DNA of 64,000 nucleotides from an uncultured candidate division Zixibacteria bacterium (GCA_963813655.1 CAWEZN010000007.1:241183-305182), one strand, 5' to 3'; shown: positions 48,947-60,200, counted from the stretch's first letter. The notes: generated by a model from the sequence alone, not told the origin. Numbers and translations: made by a program.

Positions 48947-50292
48947 TAAGTTGCATGAAGATAGCAGGAAATCGGACTTTGATGAGGACTCTGACCATCG
49001 CCATCTCTATTTTACTTATCCTTATAATATCCTTGGTCTCTGAAACGCTGGCGTCAGAATCGTTAGTATTGAAGCTGTCCGATGAAGAATACAACCCGCG
49101 AGTCAGGGGGCGCGCCTTGACTGCCGAAATAGGGGACTCTATGAGCGCCAAGTTCGCGCCGGAATTAAAATTAGCGGCTTGGGGCGGAGAGTGCTCCTTC
49201 AGACTGCTTCTACCGAGCGATTCTGTTACACAATATGGCAAGCCGACGCGCATCATGGTTGAAGGAAAAACTGGATTCTCGATCACACAGGGGAATTCTA
49301 TGAAGCATCAGATATATCAGCGTCCGGATGGAAGTCTTGAATGGGAGATTATCTATGACAGCATTCCTGCGAGCAATATAATATCATGTGGAATTCAGCA
49401 GAAAGGTCTGGAATTTCTCTATCAGGGCAACCTGACTGATGCCGAAATATCATCGGGCGCGGAGAGAGCTGATAGCGTGATCGGCTCCTACGCCGCCTAT
49501 CGTACCGGTCCAATTGGAAATCAACTGAAAATCGCGGGAAAGGACACAATAATCGGCAGGTACGAATCAGGAAAGGTCTTTCACATATATCGTCCCCGGG
49601 CGTATGATAATCGAGGATGGACAGTCTGGTGCGACCTGAAGATTGATTCAACTCTCACTATTGAGGTGCCCCCTGATTTCATTCATAATGCTGTTTATCC
49701 GATAACTATCGACCCCACCTTCGGAAATACAAGCGTCGGCGCCAGCGCCGCTTATCTGTCAACTTCCACTGCCCAGGCCCTGTCGGGCGCAGCATCTTAT
49801 CGGCATACCGCGGCAAGCGGCGATTTGATAACGTCATATAGCATCTATTGTCTGACCTATAATAGTCCATCCTATGTATGCTTCTCGGCTTATACTTATG
49901 TCGGCGGATATCCAGTCACCCGGTTGGCCCCGGGTGTTCAGATCACAGTAACAAATAGTAGCATGCAATGGAATACTACTTCGACTGTCTCACAGGCGAT
50001 GGTTGCAGGAAACACTTATGTTGTCGCCTATGGCGATGTCACCCCCGGCCTTGCCATCAGAGCAAGATTTGATTCCGAATCTAATTCCGTCTCCATGAAC
50101 AGCAACCCAGGGCTTACATCTTCGTGGAGTCAGTCATCTCTTGGGGGGAACAGGTGGTCCATGTATGCCACTTACACATCGGGAGAGGTCTCTTCGTACC
50201 CAAAACGAAGAAAATCGGTCGTACAAGGTCTGTCTCTGAGCCCGACAGACTCTTCAGAAGAAATAATTGCAGAGACTGAGGTGATTCAATGA
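48943..50292 (+). CDS. hypothetical secreted/membrane-anchored protein (phage-like module)
   Basis: N-terminal transmembrane/signal segment TLTIAISILLILIISLV. 449 aa, Ser/Thr-rich. Confidence 0.35.
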   Translation: MISCMKIAGNRTLMRTLTIAISILLILIISLVSETLASESLVLKLSDEEYNPRVRGRALTAEIGDSMSAKFAPELKLAAWGGECSFRLLLPSDSVTQYGKPTRIMVEGKTGFSITQGNSMKHQIYQRPDGSLEWEIIYDSIPASNIISCGIQQKGLEFLYQGNLTDAEISSGAERADSVIGSYAAYRTGPIGNQLKIAGKDTIIGRYESGKVFHIYRPRAYDNRGWTVWCDLKIDSTLTIEVPPDFIHNAVYPITIDPTFGNTSVGASAAYLSTSTAQALSGAASYRHTAASGDLITSYSIYCLTYNSPSYVCFSAYTYVGGYPVTRLAPGVQITVTNSSMQWNTTSTVSQAMVAGNTYVVAYGDVTPGLAIRARFDSESNSVSMNSNPGLTSSWSQSSLGGNRWSMYATYTSGEVSSYPKRRKSVVQGLSLSPTDSSEEIIAETEVIQ

Positions 50293-51566
50293 TAAAACAT
50301 ATGTTATTTAGCAAAAGACTCGGTGGCTTGCCGATTCTATTCAAAATCCCGCTCATCTTGGTGTTTGTTGCATCAAGCGCAGCTGCCTCAGGGTTTGGCA
50401 TCGTCAATAATTCGTCAGCAAGCGTTTCGTCTGAAGACTCAATCTGTTTTTCATTTTTCAATCTTGACAGCCTCGGACGCAATATCGGAGGTCTTGACAC
50501 CACCAAAGTCATCGTCTTTAATCCGGGCGGGGACTCCGTCTTTTGCGAATCGGTCGCTGGCATTTCAAGCAGAATCAGAATGAGCGTTGATAATGGAGAT
50601 ACATCATATCGCTGGGCGGCGCAGATTTCTGATATAGATGGTGACGGACAAATAGGGCAATACGTGGTTAAAATCACCGCCAAGTCGGATCAGACCGGCG
50701 GATGGTTAAAAACACCCCTGTTAGCGAGCTTTCAACTCATCAGCCGGGAATTTGACGACGCCATGATCTCGGTTACGGATTCGCTCAAGAAGACTCTTGA
50801 TTCCATGTATGTTGCCAACCAGAAACTTAATGAAATTCTTGATTCATTGCGGTCGCAGGATGATTGGGTGATGGGCAAGAGCGATTCTGCGCTGATTGAT
50901 GTATCTTCTAATATCGCCTATGCGGATTCCATAGCCAACCGAGTGCTTGAGGATTCAGCGCATTATCAGGGACCGGGCTCGGGAAATGGTCTATACGCCT
51001 ATCAATTATATATAATCGACAGCTCCCTCGGGCAGGTAATACCGGGCATAAATGTCGAAATAAGAAACAGTACGCAGACCGCTCTAATAGCGGTGGGCAC
51101 AACTAATGCCTCCGGCTTCTGCGTTTTTAAACTCTATGCTGACTCGTTTATCGTTAATGTCTTCGGACCCGGATATATTTTCGCGAATCTTGATACCATC
51201 ATAGTTGCCGGAGTCGGGGCCGACTCGATCTTTGGTTTTCATTTCGATCCGGGAACGCCATCCTCGCCCGATCTTTGCCGGGTGCACGGTTTCCTGTATG
51301 ATATAAGCGGCAATCCCGAAATATCCGCGACTGTCGCTGCATTTCTCCCGGCAGGAGTGGCTCGGTCGAATGGAGGAATCATATCTCCGTTCAAGCTGAG
51401 CGCGGCATCGGACAGCGCCGGATATTTTTATATTGATCTGATTCCCAATTGCAGGCTGATCCCGGACACAAGCAAGTACGAAATTACGATCACCCGAAGC
51501 GACGGTACAATATTGCGGCAGAGGGTGGTCGTCCCGGATATGCCCGATTGGGAATTGTCCTGGTAA
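50289..51566 (+). CDS. secreted protein with two carboxypeptidase-regulatory-like (transthyretin-like) domains
   Basis: Signal peptide. INVEIRNSTQTALIAVGTTNASGFCVFKL and VHGFLYDISGNPEISATVAAF...DSAGYFYIDL match the CarbopepD_reg pattern. Confidence 0.45.
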   Translation: MIKHMLFSKRLGGLPILFKIPLILVFVASSAAASGFGIVNNSSASVSSEDSICFSFFNLDSLGRNIGGLDTTKVIVFNPGGDSVFCESVAGISSRIRMSVDNGDTSYRWAAQISDIDGDGQIGQYVVKITAKSDQTGGWLKTPLLASFQLISREFDDAMISVTDSLKKTLDSMYVANQKLNEILDSLRSQDDWVMGKSDSALIDVSSNIAYADSIANRVLEDSAHYQGPGSGNGLYAYQLYIIDSSLGQVIPGINVEIRNSTQTALIAVGTTNASGFCVFKLYADSFIVNVFGPGYIFANLDTIIVAGVGADSIFGFHFDPGTPSSPDLCRVHGFLYDISGNPEISATVAAFLPAGVARSNGGIISPFKLSAASDSAGYFYIDLIPNCRLIPDTSKYEITITRSDGTILRQRVVVPDMPDWELSW

Positions 51567-51595
51567 ACTTGAAAGGAGTTTATGAAATGTTATCG

Positions 51596-51940
51596 AATAG
51601 CGCCGTGACCGTATCTTTATCGGATTTATTGATTAATAACCTGCCGGTCATCATTGATATCCTCAGCGGAGTCTTGATGGCCCTCGCCGTCTGGTTTGCC
51701 CGACGGTATTTGGCGCCCTATTTTAAAGTAGAGAAAAGCCGTCGGCAGGCGGAATTTATCGCAGTCATCGCCGATGATATCACTGATGATCTGGTACGCC
51801 GTTATCCCGACAAAGAGTGGGTTAAGAAGCTGGATGAGGCGGTGGACAAGATTATGGATGTTTGTGGGATCGACGGCGAAATCGCGCAGCGGGCCGTTTC
51901 GGCCGCCGTCTCAAGGAAGCCTGGGAAAGAGCCCGTCTGA
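51596..51940 (+). CDS. small membrane protein (holin-like position at the end of the phage module)
   Basis: Single transmembrane helix VIIDILSGVLMALAVWFA plus charged C-terminus. Internal Met of ORF 51449..51940. Confidence 0.3.
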   Translation, partial: NSAVTVSLSDLLINNLPVIIDILSGVLMALAVWFARRYLAPYFKVEKSRRQAEFIAVIADDITDDLVRRYPDKEWVKKLDEAVDKIMDVCGIDGEIAQRAVSAAVSRKPGKEPV

Positions 51941-51978
51941 AACGGGCTCTTCCATTTCTTGAGATAATAGTTATCTCA

Positions 51979-54066
51979 TCAACGACAGGGCGGCGTACCA
52001 TTTAGGAAAAGATACCGTATTGCTATGACCACGTCGCTGACATCAATCTGCCCGTTGCAATCGGCATCGGCCCGATATGCTCCTCCGGCTGGCGCCGCAC
52101 CCCCGCGGTAAATGAAATTGCTCAGAAGTATGATATCGCCGATATTCATTTGACCATCTCCGTTATAGTCGCCCTTGGCATACGCCTGGCACTTGTATCG
52201 AACAAGGCTCGTCGCCACTCCGGCGTGTCCGTCGGCGTCGGTGGCAGTGGCTGTGATATAATAAAGAGAATCGGAAACAAGGTTCGAGCCTGTCCAGTCA
52301 AAGGACCATCCCCCGTCGGCCGAAATGTCGCTCCCGATCAGATCCCGGGTCGCTGTATGGGAATATCCCATGACGGTTATTATCATATCCAGATCGTGCC
52401 AGCTGTTCTTATAATAAACCTGAGCGCCGTTGCTTGTATTTTTCATGAAGCAGTTGACCAGCGTGCCTGTCAGAGGGTCTGAAACGGTAATCGGGAATCT
52501 TCCCTGTATGTCCGCAAAGCCCGAGACTCCCGCGCCGACCAAATAAACTCCCGGCGATCCGGAGAGGGCGAGAATTGGCAGCAACTCCCGTTCTTGGAGA
52601 AGGGATCGGAATAGCCAGTAATCGGGGCGGCGATAGGCATTAAGCTTTAATTCATTTCCGTGAGAGACAATATATTGCAGGAGACCGCTGTAGAGTAGGT
52701 CATCGTATGTTCCATTATTGGCTCTCGTCTGCATGTTGGAGGCCAGTCTCTCCACCACGGTATCAAGAGAAATATATTTGCTGCCCTCTCTCATGCTGTA
52801 TATAAATCCCTTATCAAACCAGTACTTCACGGCAATCGCTCCGGCAACCGGCCCGCAGAAGTTGTTGCCGAACTTGGATTGATTCAAGACCGCTATCGAC
52901 GCCGTATAATCGGTCGATGCGGCCTTCTTCTCGAAAGATACTTGAGTTATATCCTGATTCTGCGAGGTAACCGCCAGGGTGACAGGGGGGCACACACTAT
53001 CCATGGCCGACAGGCCGGTAAAGACCAGATCGGGAGGAACTGGATCAATCAGGACCTGATGCGAATCTGCGTCGCTTCTTCCCAGAGTGTCATAGGCCGT
53101 CGCCTTCAACCAGTATGACCCTTCAGCCAGAGTTGAATAACTCCAGTTAGCCGTATATCCGTCTCCGGTACCCGATGGATCAACGCCGTTTCTCAGCGCT
53201 CGCGAACCGTCTGAATCACGCCCTATCTCCGCCCACGGCCCGGTGGCTTTGCGGTCGAATTTGACATAGTCAATTATAGTACTTCCTGACGTCTCCGAGG
53301 CCCAGGCCGTGGCCGGTCCCGAAACAGCTTCGTTTGAAGCCGGCTTTAATAGGGTAATGGACGGCACCGGTTGATTTCCGCCGCTTCCCCCGGCCGTACC
53401 ACCGGAAAAGAGCAGCATTCTTCCGGGAAAATTGAAATACTGATTATCGGCCACATCGATGAATCCGATTGTCGTGTCCCATATATTGTACCCCGTGCAT
53501 GCGACCGGGATACTGTCGGTAATCATGGTGGCGCCTACGGATGAATCAATCGGATTCGATATGTAGAAACCGGCAAAATAAGGATCGTTGACCACATGAG
53601 GAGTATCGAGGGGCACCGCGATCAAATACATTCCCACGCCGGGAATGATATAGGTATACTCTGACGACAGCGCCAACAGCACGCCCGGAATCGCGCACGA
53701 GGGGTCGCTCATATCCGCCGCTTCCACATCCACGGAGACGTTAAGGGTGCACAGCTTTTCGAAATACATTATCATGTACACTTCCTGCACGGTGAAAGGG
53801 TATGGCCCGGTGCAGGCCTGCCCGGGATCTTGGAACGATTTATATAATTCCGCTCCCGTTACCCAGTGCTGTATCGCCCACCATTGTCCATCGTCATGCC
53901 GCACAGTGCAAATATCCGCCGCCGCGAAATGAGGTTTAGCGGTCAGCTTCTCAAAATTGAAATTTGTCATTTTGGAGACTTTGGCGGAATTTTTAAATTC
54001 GTATCCGGCGGCCGCGGAGGTAATGACCAGCGAAATTGCCGCCATAAATATAATTCTTCGAATCAT
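51979..54066 (-). CDS. secreted multidomain protein: Ig-like domains, C39-like cysteine peptidase domain, C-terminal type-I dockerin
   Basis: Signal peptide. NNFCGPVAGAIAVKYWFDKG (C39_2-like). C-terminal duplicated Ca-binding loops GDYNGDGQMNIGDIILL and ADADCNGQIDVSDVVIAIRYLF. Confidence 0.65.
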   Translation of the reverse strand: MIRRIIFMAAISLVITSAAAGYEFKNSAKVSKMTNFNFEKLTAKPHFAAADICTVRHDDGQWWAIQHWVTGAELYKSFQDPGQACTGPYPFTVQEVYMIMYFEKLCTLNVSVDVEAADMSDPSCAIPGVLLALSSEYTYIIPGVGMYLIAVPLDTPHVVNDPYFAGFYISNPIDSSVGATMITDSIPVACTGYNIWDTTIGFIDVADNQYFNFPGRMLLFSGGTAGGSGGNQPVPSITLLKPASNEAVSGPATAWASETSGSTIIDYVKFDRKATGPWAEIGRDSDGSRALRNGVDPSGTGDGYTANWSYSTLAEGSYWLKATAYDTLGRSDADSHQVLIDPVPPDLVFTGLSAMDSVCPPVTLAVTSQNQDITQVSFEKKAASTDYTASIAVLNQSKFGNNFCGPVAGAIAVKYWFDKGFIYSMREGSKYISLDTVVERLASNMQTRANNGTYDDLLYSGLLQYIVSHGNELKLNAYRRPDYWLFRSLLQERELLPILALSGSPGVYLVGAGVSGFADIQGRFPITVSDPLTGTLVNCFMKNTSNGAQVYYKNSWHDLDMIITVMGYSHTATRDLIGSDISADGGWSFDWTGSNLVSDSLYYITATATDADGHAGVATSLVRYKCQAYAKGDYNGDGQMNIGDIILLSNFIYRGGAAPAGGAYRADADCNGQIDVSDVVIAIRYLFLNGTPPCR

Positions 54067-54479
54067 CGATGACTCCTTTTGCCGGCTTGGATTTTTCTCC
54101 TTCTTGATATCGATTTATTTCCGTTTAACTTAACGCCAGAGAATGGCCTGACCCCGATAATTCGCGGCTTTCGATCGCGGCTGTATGATTTTCGGACATT
54201 TTTCCATGCCGATCTTCGCATGGGGAAATTACTCGGCCGAGTGCCGCCAATATTGTCGATCCCCCATCCGATTGCCCGGCACAAAAACATCCGATGGAAT
54301 GGAAAGCCGCAATTCCCGCCGATCCCTTCTGATTGGCTTGAACCCACAGGTAGACCAAATTTGATACAATTCCAATTTTGCCTCTGTGCGCAGGGACAAA
54401 TCGTCCGATATGCTGATTGAGGATGAGAATGTAAATGTCCCCTTTGCTTCTGCCATCGGGGAAACCAGGGTGAGAATGT

Positions 54480-55964
54480 ATGACAAGCATTGTTGTCGTA
54501 GATGATGAACAGTATATCTGCAATATCATAAAAGAAACTCTTGGCGAGTTTACCGATTGCCAGGTGACAGTCTTTACCGAGCCGGAAGTCGCGTCGAAAT
54601 ACATCGCCGGAAACAGCGTCGATCTGGTCCTGACCGATTTGGTTATGGGTAATTATTCCGGGGAGAATATCCTTGAGATGACACTGAAAAATCATCCCGA
54701 TTCGGTAGTTGTCCTGATGACCGGGTATCCGACGGTCAGAACGGCCATATCCGTATTGCGGAGGGGCGGGTACGATTATCTGGTCAAGCCGTTCAAGCTC
54801 GATAATCTCAAGGCGACAATCCGCCGCGGTCTGGAACACCAGCGTCTTAGACGCGAGAATGTCGAACTGAGAAGCCAGATCGAATTGATGGAGGTCAACG
54901 ATGCCCTCGCCAGAGGAATCCGACTCCAGCCCTTGATGAGTATGATCCTTGATTCGGCCATTCGGGTCTTGCCCGCCAGAGGGGCATCCGTTTTACTCCG
55001 CGATCGCAGGTCCGGAGAATTCGCCCTCCAGCATCAGGCAGGTCCCACGCTGGATAGTCGCGCGACATCTTTTTTAAGGGGCAGTTACCTTGAATCGGGA
55101 GTCGATTTCAAGGACAAACAGCCCCATCTGGTTAATGAGGAATATTCCTTCGACGAGGGACAATTCAAACGTTCTCTCATAGCCGTTCCGCTGGTGTCGA
55201 GAGGTGAAATAGTAGGGGCTCTTAATCTGATATATATGGACCGCTTCAGTTATATATCACCGGGGCAAATTCGCCTGACAACCCTTCTGGCGCTTTCGGC
55301 CGCCTCGGCCGTCGAAAGCAATCATCAGGACAGAAATCTTAAACGATCATATGTCATGACCATAAAAGCTCTGGCCAACGCCATCGAAGCCCGGGATAAT
55401 TATACCGCCGGGCATACCGATAGGGTCTTCAGGATGGCAATCACTTTGGCCCGGCGGCTTAACTGGAGTCCCACTAAGATGGCGCATCTGAAGACCGGAT
55501 GCATTTTGCACGACATTGGAAAAATCGGAGTCCCCGACTGCATATTAAATAAGCCCGAACGACTGAATGACGCGGAAATGGAAACAATGAGAAAGCATCC
55601 TGAGCTGGGCGTAAAAATCCTTACCGGAATTCCCTTCATGGAACCGGCGCTCCCTTATATAATCTCGCATCATGAAAAATATGACGGCTCCGGCTATCCT
55701 TTCGGATTGAAAGGTGATGATATTCCGATCGAGGGAAGATTGTTGGCTGTGGTCGACACTTTCGATGCCATCCTGTCCGATCGACCCTATCGCTCCGGAG
55801 GCAATGCCCGGGCCGCTTTGGAGGAGTTGACCAAATACAAAGGGATTCAATTCGACCCCCGGATAGTCGATCTTTTCGTCGAAGTATTTAATTCGGGAAG
55901 CATTACCCGGGTAATGAACTACGGCAAAAAAGCCCGAAAAGAGATGACCCTCAGTTCAGTATAA
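54480..55964 (+). CDS. response regulator with REC, GAF and HD-GYP (c-di-GMP phosphodiesterase) domains
   Basis: REC domain (VVDDE...DLVLTDLVM...KPF), central GAF-like region, and HD-GYP motifs HTDRV...HDIGK...HHEKYDGSGYP. Confidence 0.85.
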   Translation: MTSIVVVDDEQYICNIIKETLGEFTDCQVTVFTEPEVASKYIAGNSVDLVLTDLVMGNYSGENILEMTLKNHPDSVVVLMTGYPTVRTAISVLRRGGYDYLVKPFKLDNLKATIRRGLEHQRLRRENVELRSQIELMEVNDALARGIRLQPLMSMILDSAIRVLPARGASVLLRDRRSGEFALQHQAGPTLDSRATSFLRGSYLESGVDFKDKQPHLVNEEYSFDEGQFKRSLIAVPLVSRGEIVGALNLIYMDRFSYISPGQIRLTTLLALSAASAVESNHQDRNLKRSYVMTIKALANAIEARDNYTAGHTDRVFRMAITLARRLNWSPTKMAHLKTGCILHDIGKIGVPDCILNKPERLNDAEMETMRKHPELGVKILTGIPFMEPALPYIISHHEKYDGSGYPFGLKGDDIPIEGRLLAVVDTFDAILSDRPYRSGGNARAALEELTKYKGIQFDPRIVDLFVEVFNSGSITRVMNYGKKARKEMTLSSV

Positions 55965-57009
55965 ACGGCACCGGCACAAAACTGATAATAAATATAAGTA
56001 TCGCCGCGATTCCCATCGCCTTTGCCCCCGGTGAAATCGGGAGAGCATCGTTGAACGTCGGCGGATGTTTTAATCCGAACAGAAATACCAGCACCCCGAA
56101 TAGCCACCATCCCGGCCACCAGAATCCAAGAATCGCCAGCGGGACAATAAACACCTTTCCCAGAATATGCTGTTTCCTGCCCAATAAACCATAGATAATA
56201 TGCCCGCCATCGAGTTGTCCGAGCGGGAGAAGGTTTATCATTGTCAGAAGCAGGCCAAACCATCCTGCAACTCCCAGCTCCGGAATCATCGGTTGAAATC
56301 CGTCCGGTATCGGACCAACGAATATCCTTTCAAGCAGCTTGATCAGCAACGAGTCTCCCAACTGCATACTGCCGCTGGTGACCATAGGAACCAACTCCGC
56401 TCGATAAAATCCGATGCCGAGAACGATAATCGATATTATAAAACCGGCGATAGGCCCGGCCGCGCCGACCTCTATCAAATCCCGCCTGTTGGTAAAGGGC
56501 GAGCGCGATCTTATAATCGCCCCGAACGTCCCCACTATATTCGGCGCCGGAATGAAATAAGGCAGCGACATCAACACCCCGCGCCTCCGTCCCGCCAGAT
56601 AATGCCCAAACTCATGGCACAGGAGGATTATTATAAGGGCCAGTGTAAATTCAATTCGTGACTCAATCGCCCCCGGATGACGAAAATAATCGAAACTGAA
56701 CGAAAGAAGGGCTGGCGCCAAAAACATCGTCACCAGTGTCACCAGAAACAGAGCGATATTCAGGATTGGAATCTTGGCGACGGAAGACTCTTTGACTCCT
56801 ATCAGCAGTCCTTCCGGATCATCTTTGATGCTCGCGGTCAGTCCGGCCGAACTCAACCTCTTGTGCATTACCGCAATCGCATCATTTTTGTCAACGCGGG
56901 GCCGGGCCCGAAGGATCAGCCGACCGTCGTGGTAATAAATGGCGGATATCTCAAACAGATCGCTCAGCTGATAATACACCGACTTGGAAAGCTGATCAGG
57001 ATTTCTCAA
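55951..57009 (-). CDS. site-2 protease family (M50) membrane zinc metalloprotease
   Basis: HEFGHY (HExxH) in a transmembrane helix and NLLPLGQLDGGH second motif. 352 aa. Confidence 0.85.
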   Translation of the reverse strand: MRNPDQLSKSVYYQLSDLFEISAIYYHDGRLILRARPRVDKNDAIAVMHKRLSSAGLTASIKDDPEGLLIGVKESSVAKIPILNIALFLVTLVTMFLAPALLSFSFDYFRHPGAIESRIEFTLALIIILLCHEFGHYLAGRRRGVLMSLPYFIPAPNIVGTFGAIIRSRSPFTNRRDLIEVGAAGPIAGFIISIIVLGIGFYRAELVPMVTSGSMQLGDSLLIKLLERIFVGPIPDGFQPMIPELGVAGWFGLLLTMINLLPLGQLDGGHIIYGLLGRKQHILGKVFIVPLAILGFWWPGWWLFGVLVFLFGLKHPPTFNDALPISPGAKAMGIAAILIFIISFVPVPFILN

Positions 57010-57171
57010 CGTTCAACCTCAAATACCCTTAATTGCCGTCTATTCTCAATTTCTATTAAACGGGATTAAACTCCTTTGGTTTGATTTTGTCAACGGAATT
57101 TCCGCCCACCCCCGAACGAACTGAACCCGGTTTCCCCGTCTAAGGTGACCCGTGCCAGCCTCTTTCCTCCC

Positions 57172-57206
57172 AAAAAAAGAGGCCCCGGCGTGAGCCGGAG
57201 CCTCAA
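57172..57206 (-). terminator. rho-independent terminator after the giant dockerin gene
   Basis: On the minus strand, a GC-rich 11-bp stem (1 mismatch) with GTGA-type loop is followed by a T7 run. Confidence 0.55.
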
Positions 57207-57231
57207 TTTATGAACGTGTGGTTCTAAATTC

Positions 57232-60200
57232 TTAGAACTTCCAGGCGTTCACTGGGCAGGCACCGAAGTTGAAGTAGAAGTTAACCATATAACTCACATC
57301 AAGATCAGTGACAACACCGTCATTATTGACATCGCCCAAATGCAGGAATGGATACGGTCCTGGATTGTTAACAGGATCGGCAACATAGTAGGCCAATGCA
57401 ATAATATCAGCCAGGTCGATCTTGCCGTCGTTGTTGACATCACCGCGACCAAATCCGCAGAACTGGTTGGCTATATTAGCCGTCGAGTAGTATGCGGAAG
57501 GCTGGTCGGCATCGGTAATGCCCGTCACGCCGAAGAATGCATAAGCATACACGGCCGTATCGTTGGCAGGAATGGTGCTCTTCTGGATGTTAACAAACGT
57601 ATTCCTGTCGGTAGGATCCGTCGCGCAAGGGGCGGTTCCTAGCTGATGCCACAGACCGGTCCTCGTCGAAGCCCAACGATAGATGGAATCCAAGAAGATT
57701 CCCGTATCGTTGAAGATCGACTGCTGAGAGGAGTTGGTCTGCGCGCAGATCAGAGGTGAATATCCACAGCCAAACGGGATCTTTACAAATCCCCAGCCGG
57801 TGGTCTTCGCGGCGCAATCATAGAAATATGCGAGCGAATGGGCCGCATCGTAGCCGGCGACGTTCTGAGGCAGGCTCGGTGCGACGTCCCAATCCACGAT
57901 GGCTGTCATGTAAAGGTCCGTGATCGGAACACTGTTCCTGCTGGTCAAGGCATGTCTGTGAATCGCGAAGTTGGCCAGGGCCGGAACATTCAACGCGCCT
58001 ATGTACTGGGTGCAGGCTTTGAAGCCTATGGTCAGGGTATCGTCATAAGGAGGATCCACACCATAGTCTTTGCGGTATGTCCAATCCCAGTGCACCGCTG
58101 CGCTGGTATCGTCATCCATATTCTGAACCGAGTCTACATAAGAGACGCTGATTACGTTTCCATAGACATTGGCGTAAGAAACGCCGTTGTCGGTGGAAAT
58201 CTTACCCAGAAGGACGTTCCCGCTCATCAACGGAGCACAGTTCTGGTCGACACAGTTCGGGTCACCCAGGAGTGAATTCCACGCCCAGGGCTCGCTCGAC
58301 CAGTTCGGCAGATGCGTGGCAATCCGATATTTGCTCTTCGCAAAAATCAAACCGCCGGCAAAATCTGCGCCGCCGATCGTGTTGATTACAAAGTTGTTGG
58401 AAGTATCGGGATGTCCGAGCATACCGGAATTCCAAACCTTCTCGCTGTTAGCGCCACCGGCGCCAAAAGTGAGAACCCTGCTGGCATACAAGCAGCCGCC
58501 GATCAGACCCAGCTGGATCTGCGGTGCGGCATACTTGCCACCATGAATCGGGAGATCCTTATCTATGCGCGCACTATCAAGGAAGTAGTCAGGATCATTG
58601 GACCAGATCTGCGCGTAGAAGGCATGATACCCTCTGGTGATGGCCGGGCCATCAACACTGAGCACTAGAGGAATGGTCGTGCCCGGGGTGAGTACGGTTC
58701 CATTAACAGGTGAAACCACACTGTTGATGAATGACGGGGGAGCAAAGGCCGCCTCGGTGGAGGATATGCCCTTGCCGGTCATTCCATCGGTAATCCGGAC
58801 ATTCTCGTCTCTGAAGGAGAGCCATCTCGTCTGAGTTTTCGGGTTGGTAATATCTGTCAGCTTATTCAAGCGGTCAAGGCGATCTTCGCTGACCGTGTTG
58901 AGAGCGGCAAACAGACCCGGCTCAGTACCATTAGTCGTAGTGCTTAATATAATCGAGTCAAGAGTCAGATCGGCGCAACCATTGTTCGTGATAGCGTCCG
59001 CAAAAGTGACCATCGACGGGTTCGGCGCTCCAAATTGAAGCGGAACATCGATTACATACTGCGGCAACTCAAGGCGCGGACGATCCGTTCCCGTTGTCGC
59101 CATGCAGACCAGCTTGTTACGCCACGGGAGAAGGAGATGTCCATCATCCATGGCGGGAGCTAATCTGTGACCGGCTTTGCTGAACAAGCCTGTCAGATAA
59201 CCGGTGAATCTGCGATGGAACATCTGCAAGCCATCGTTGGCCTGGTAGAAGTTCACGAAGTTGGACTTGTAGATACCGGCATAGATCTCGGACGCGCCTT
59301 CAGGCTCGCATGAGAGCAAACCTTCCATCATGGCGCCGTCACCCCATCCGGGATTGGTCGTGGTGTTCTTCCACTCTTGATTACCGCTTGCGCGCGTAAA
59401 AGAGGAGGGACCACGAAGCTGGCCTGAATTCAACCAGGGTGTCCAATCCTGATAGATGATCCTGCTGGCATCGATCGCAGGAATATTATAGTTGCCCTGC
59501 TGACACAGAGCGGCCCAATTCACGGAACCATCAGCGGCGTTAATCGAATACAGCACGCCACCATCCTGAACTGGGGATGTATTATCGGCAATATTGTAGT
59601 AGGACGCCGTGTATAACACGTTGTCCGCAAGATTGCCGGGGTTGCAACCGGCGGCCACGGAAATGCCGGCCGTAAAACCTTCAGCTCCGCCGAAGTCCTT
59701 TGGAGGAACTACGACTGGACCCTGATAACCACCTTCGGCCGACAACTGCCATACTACGACGCCTGTCGCCGGATCAATGGCCCAAATATCGCCGCTGGTG
59801 GAAAGGGAAGGCATATCGGTACCGACAAAAACCAAATGACCATCGGTCGTAAGGCCTCTGTTAATTGCAGCTGGGTACGCAACCGGGTTGGGTGTCCATC
59901 CCGGATAAGCCGCCCCGGTAAGGGCATCAGCCGCATAGACTTTACCAGCGTCGTCAGAATAAATGACAACTTTGGTGCCGGCAACGTCAACGATTACTGA
60001 CGGTGAGAAGGTCGTGAAAATACCATGGACGGAATAATCACGCGTCCAAACCGTCGTGCCATTGGAGACTCTTAAAGCAGTAAATGCCTGTGTCGAGCCG
60101 CCGCCGGTATAGATGATACCATCCTGTACGGTCGGAGTGGAATAACAGCCGTCGCCGATTTCCAGAGGATCCGACAGCCTCTGCCAGATAACCGCGCCGG

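Noticed and set aside
54063-54839. 258-aa minus-strand ORF spanning the intergenic region and the 5' end of the HD-GYP regulator gene
   Set aside because: Antisense to a well-supported REC domain, with Arg/Gly/Pro-rich low-complexity translation, no ribosome-binding site and no recognisable domain. Most likely spurious.
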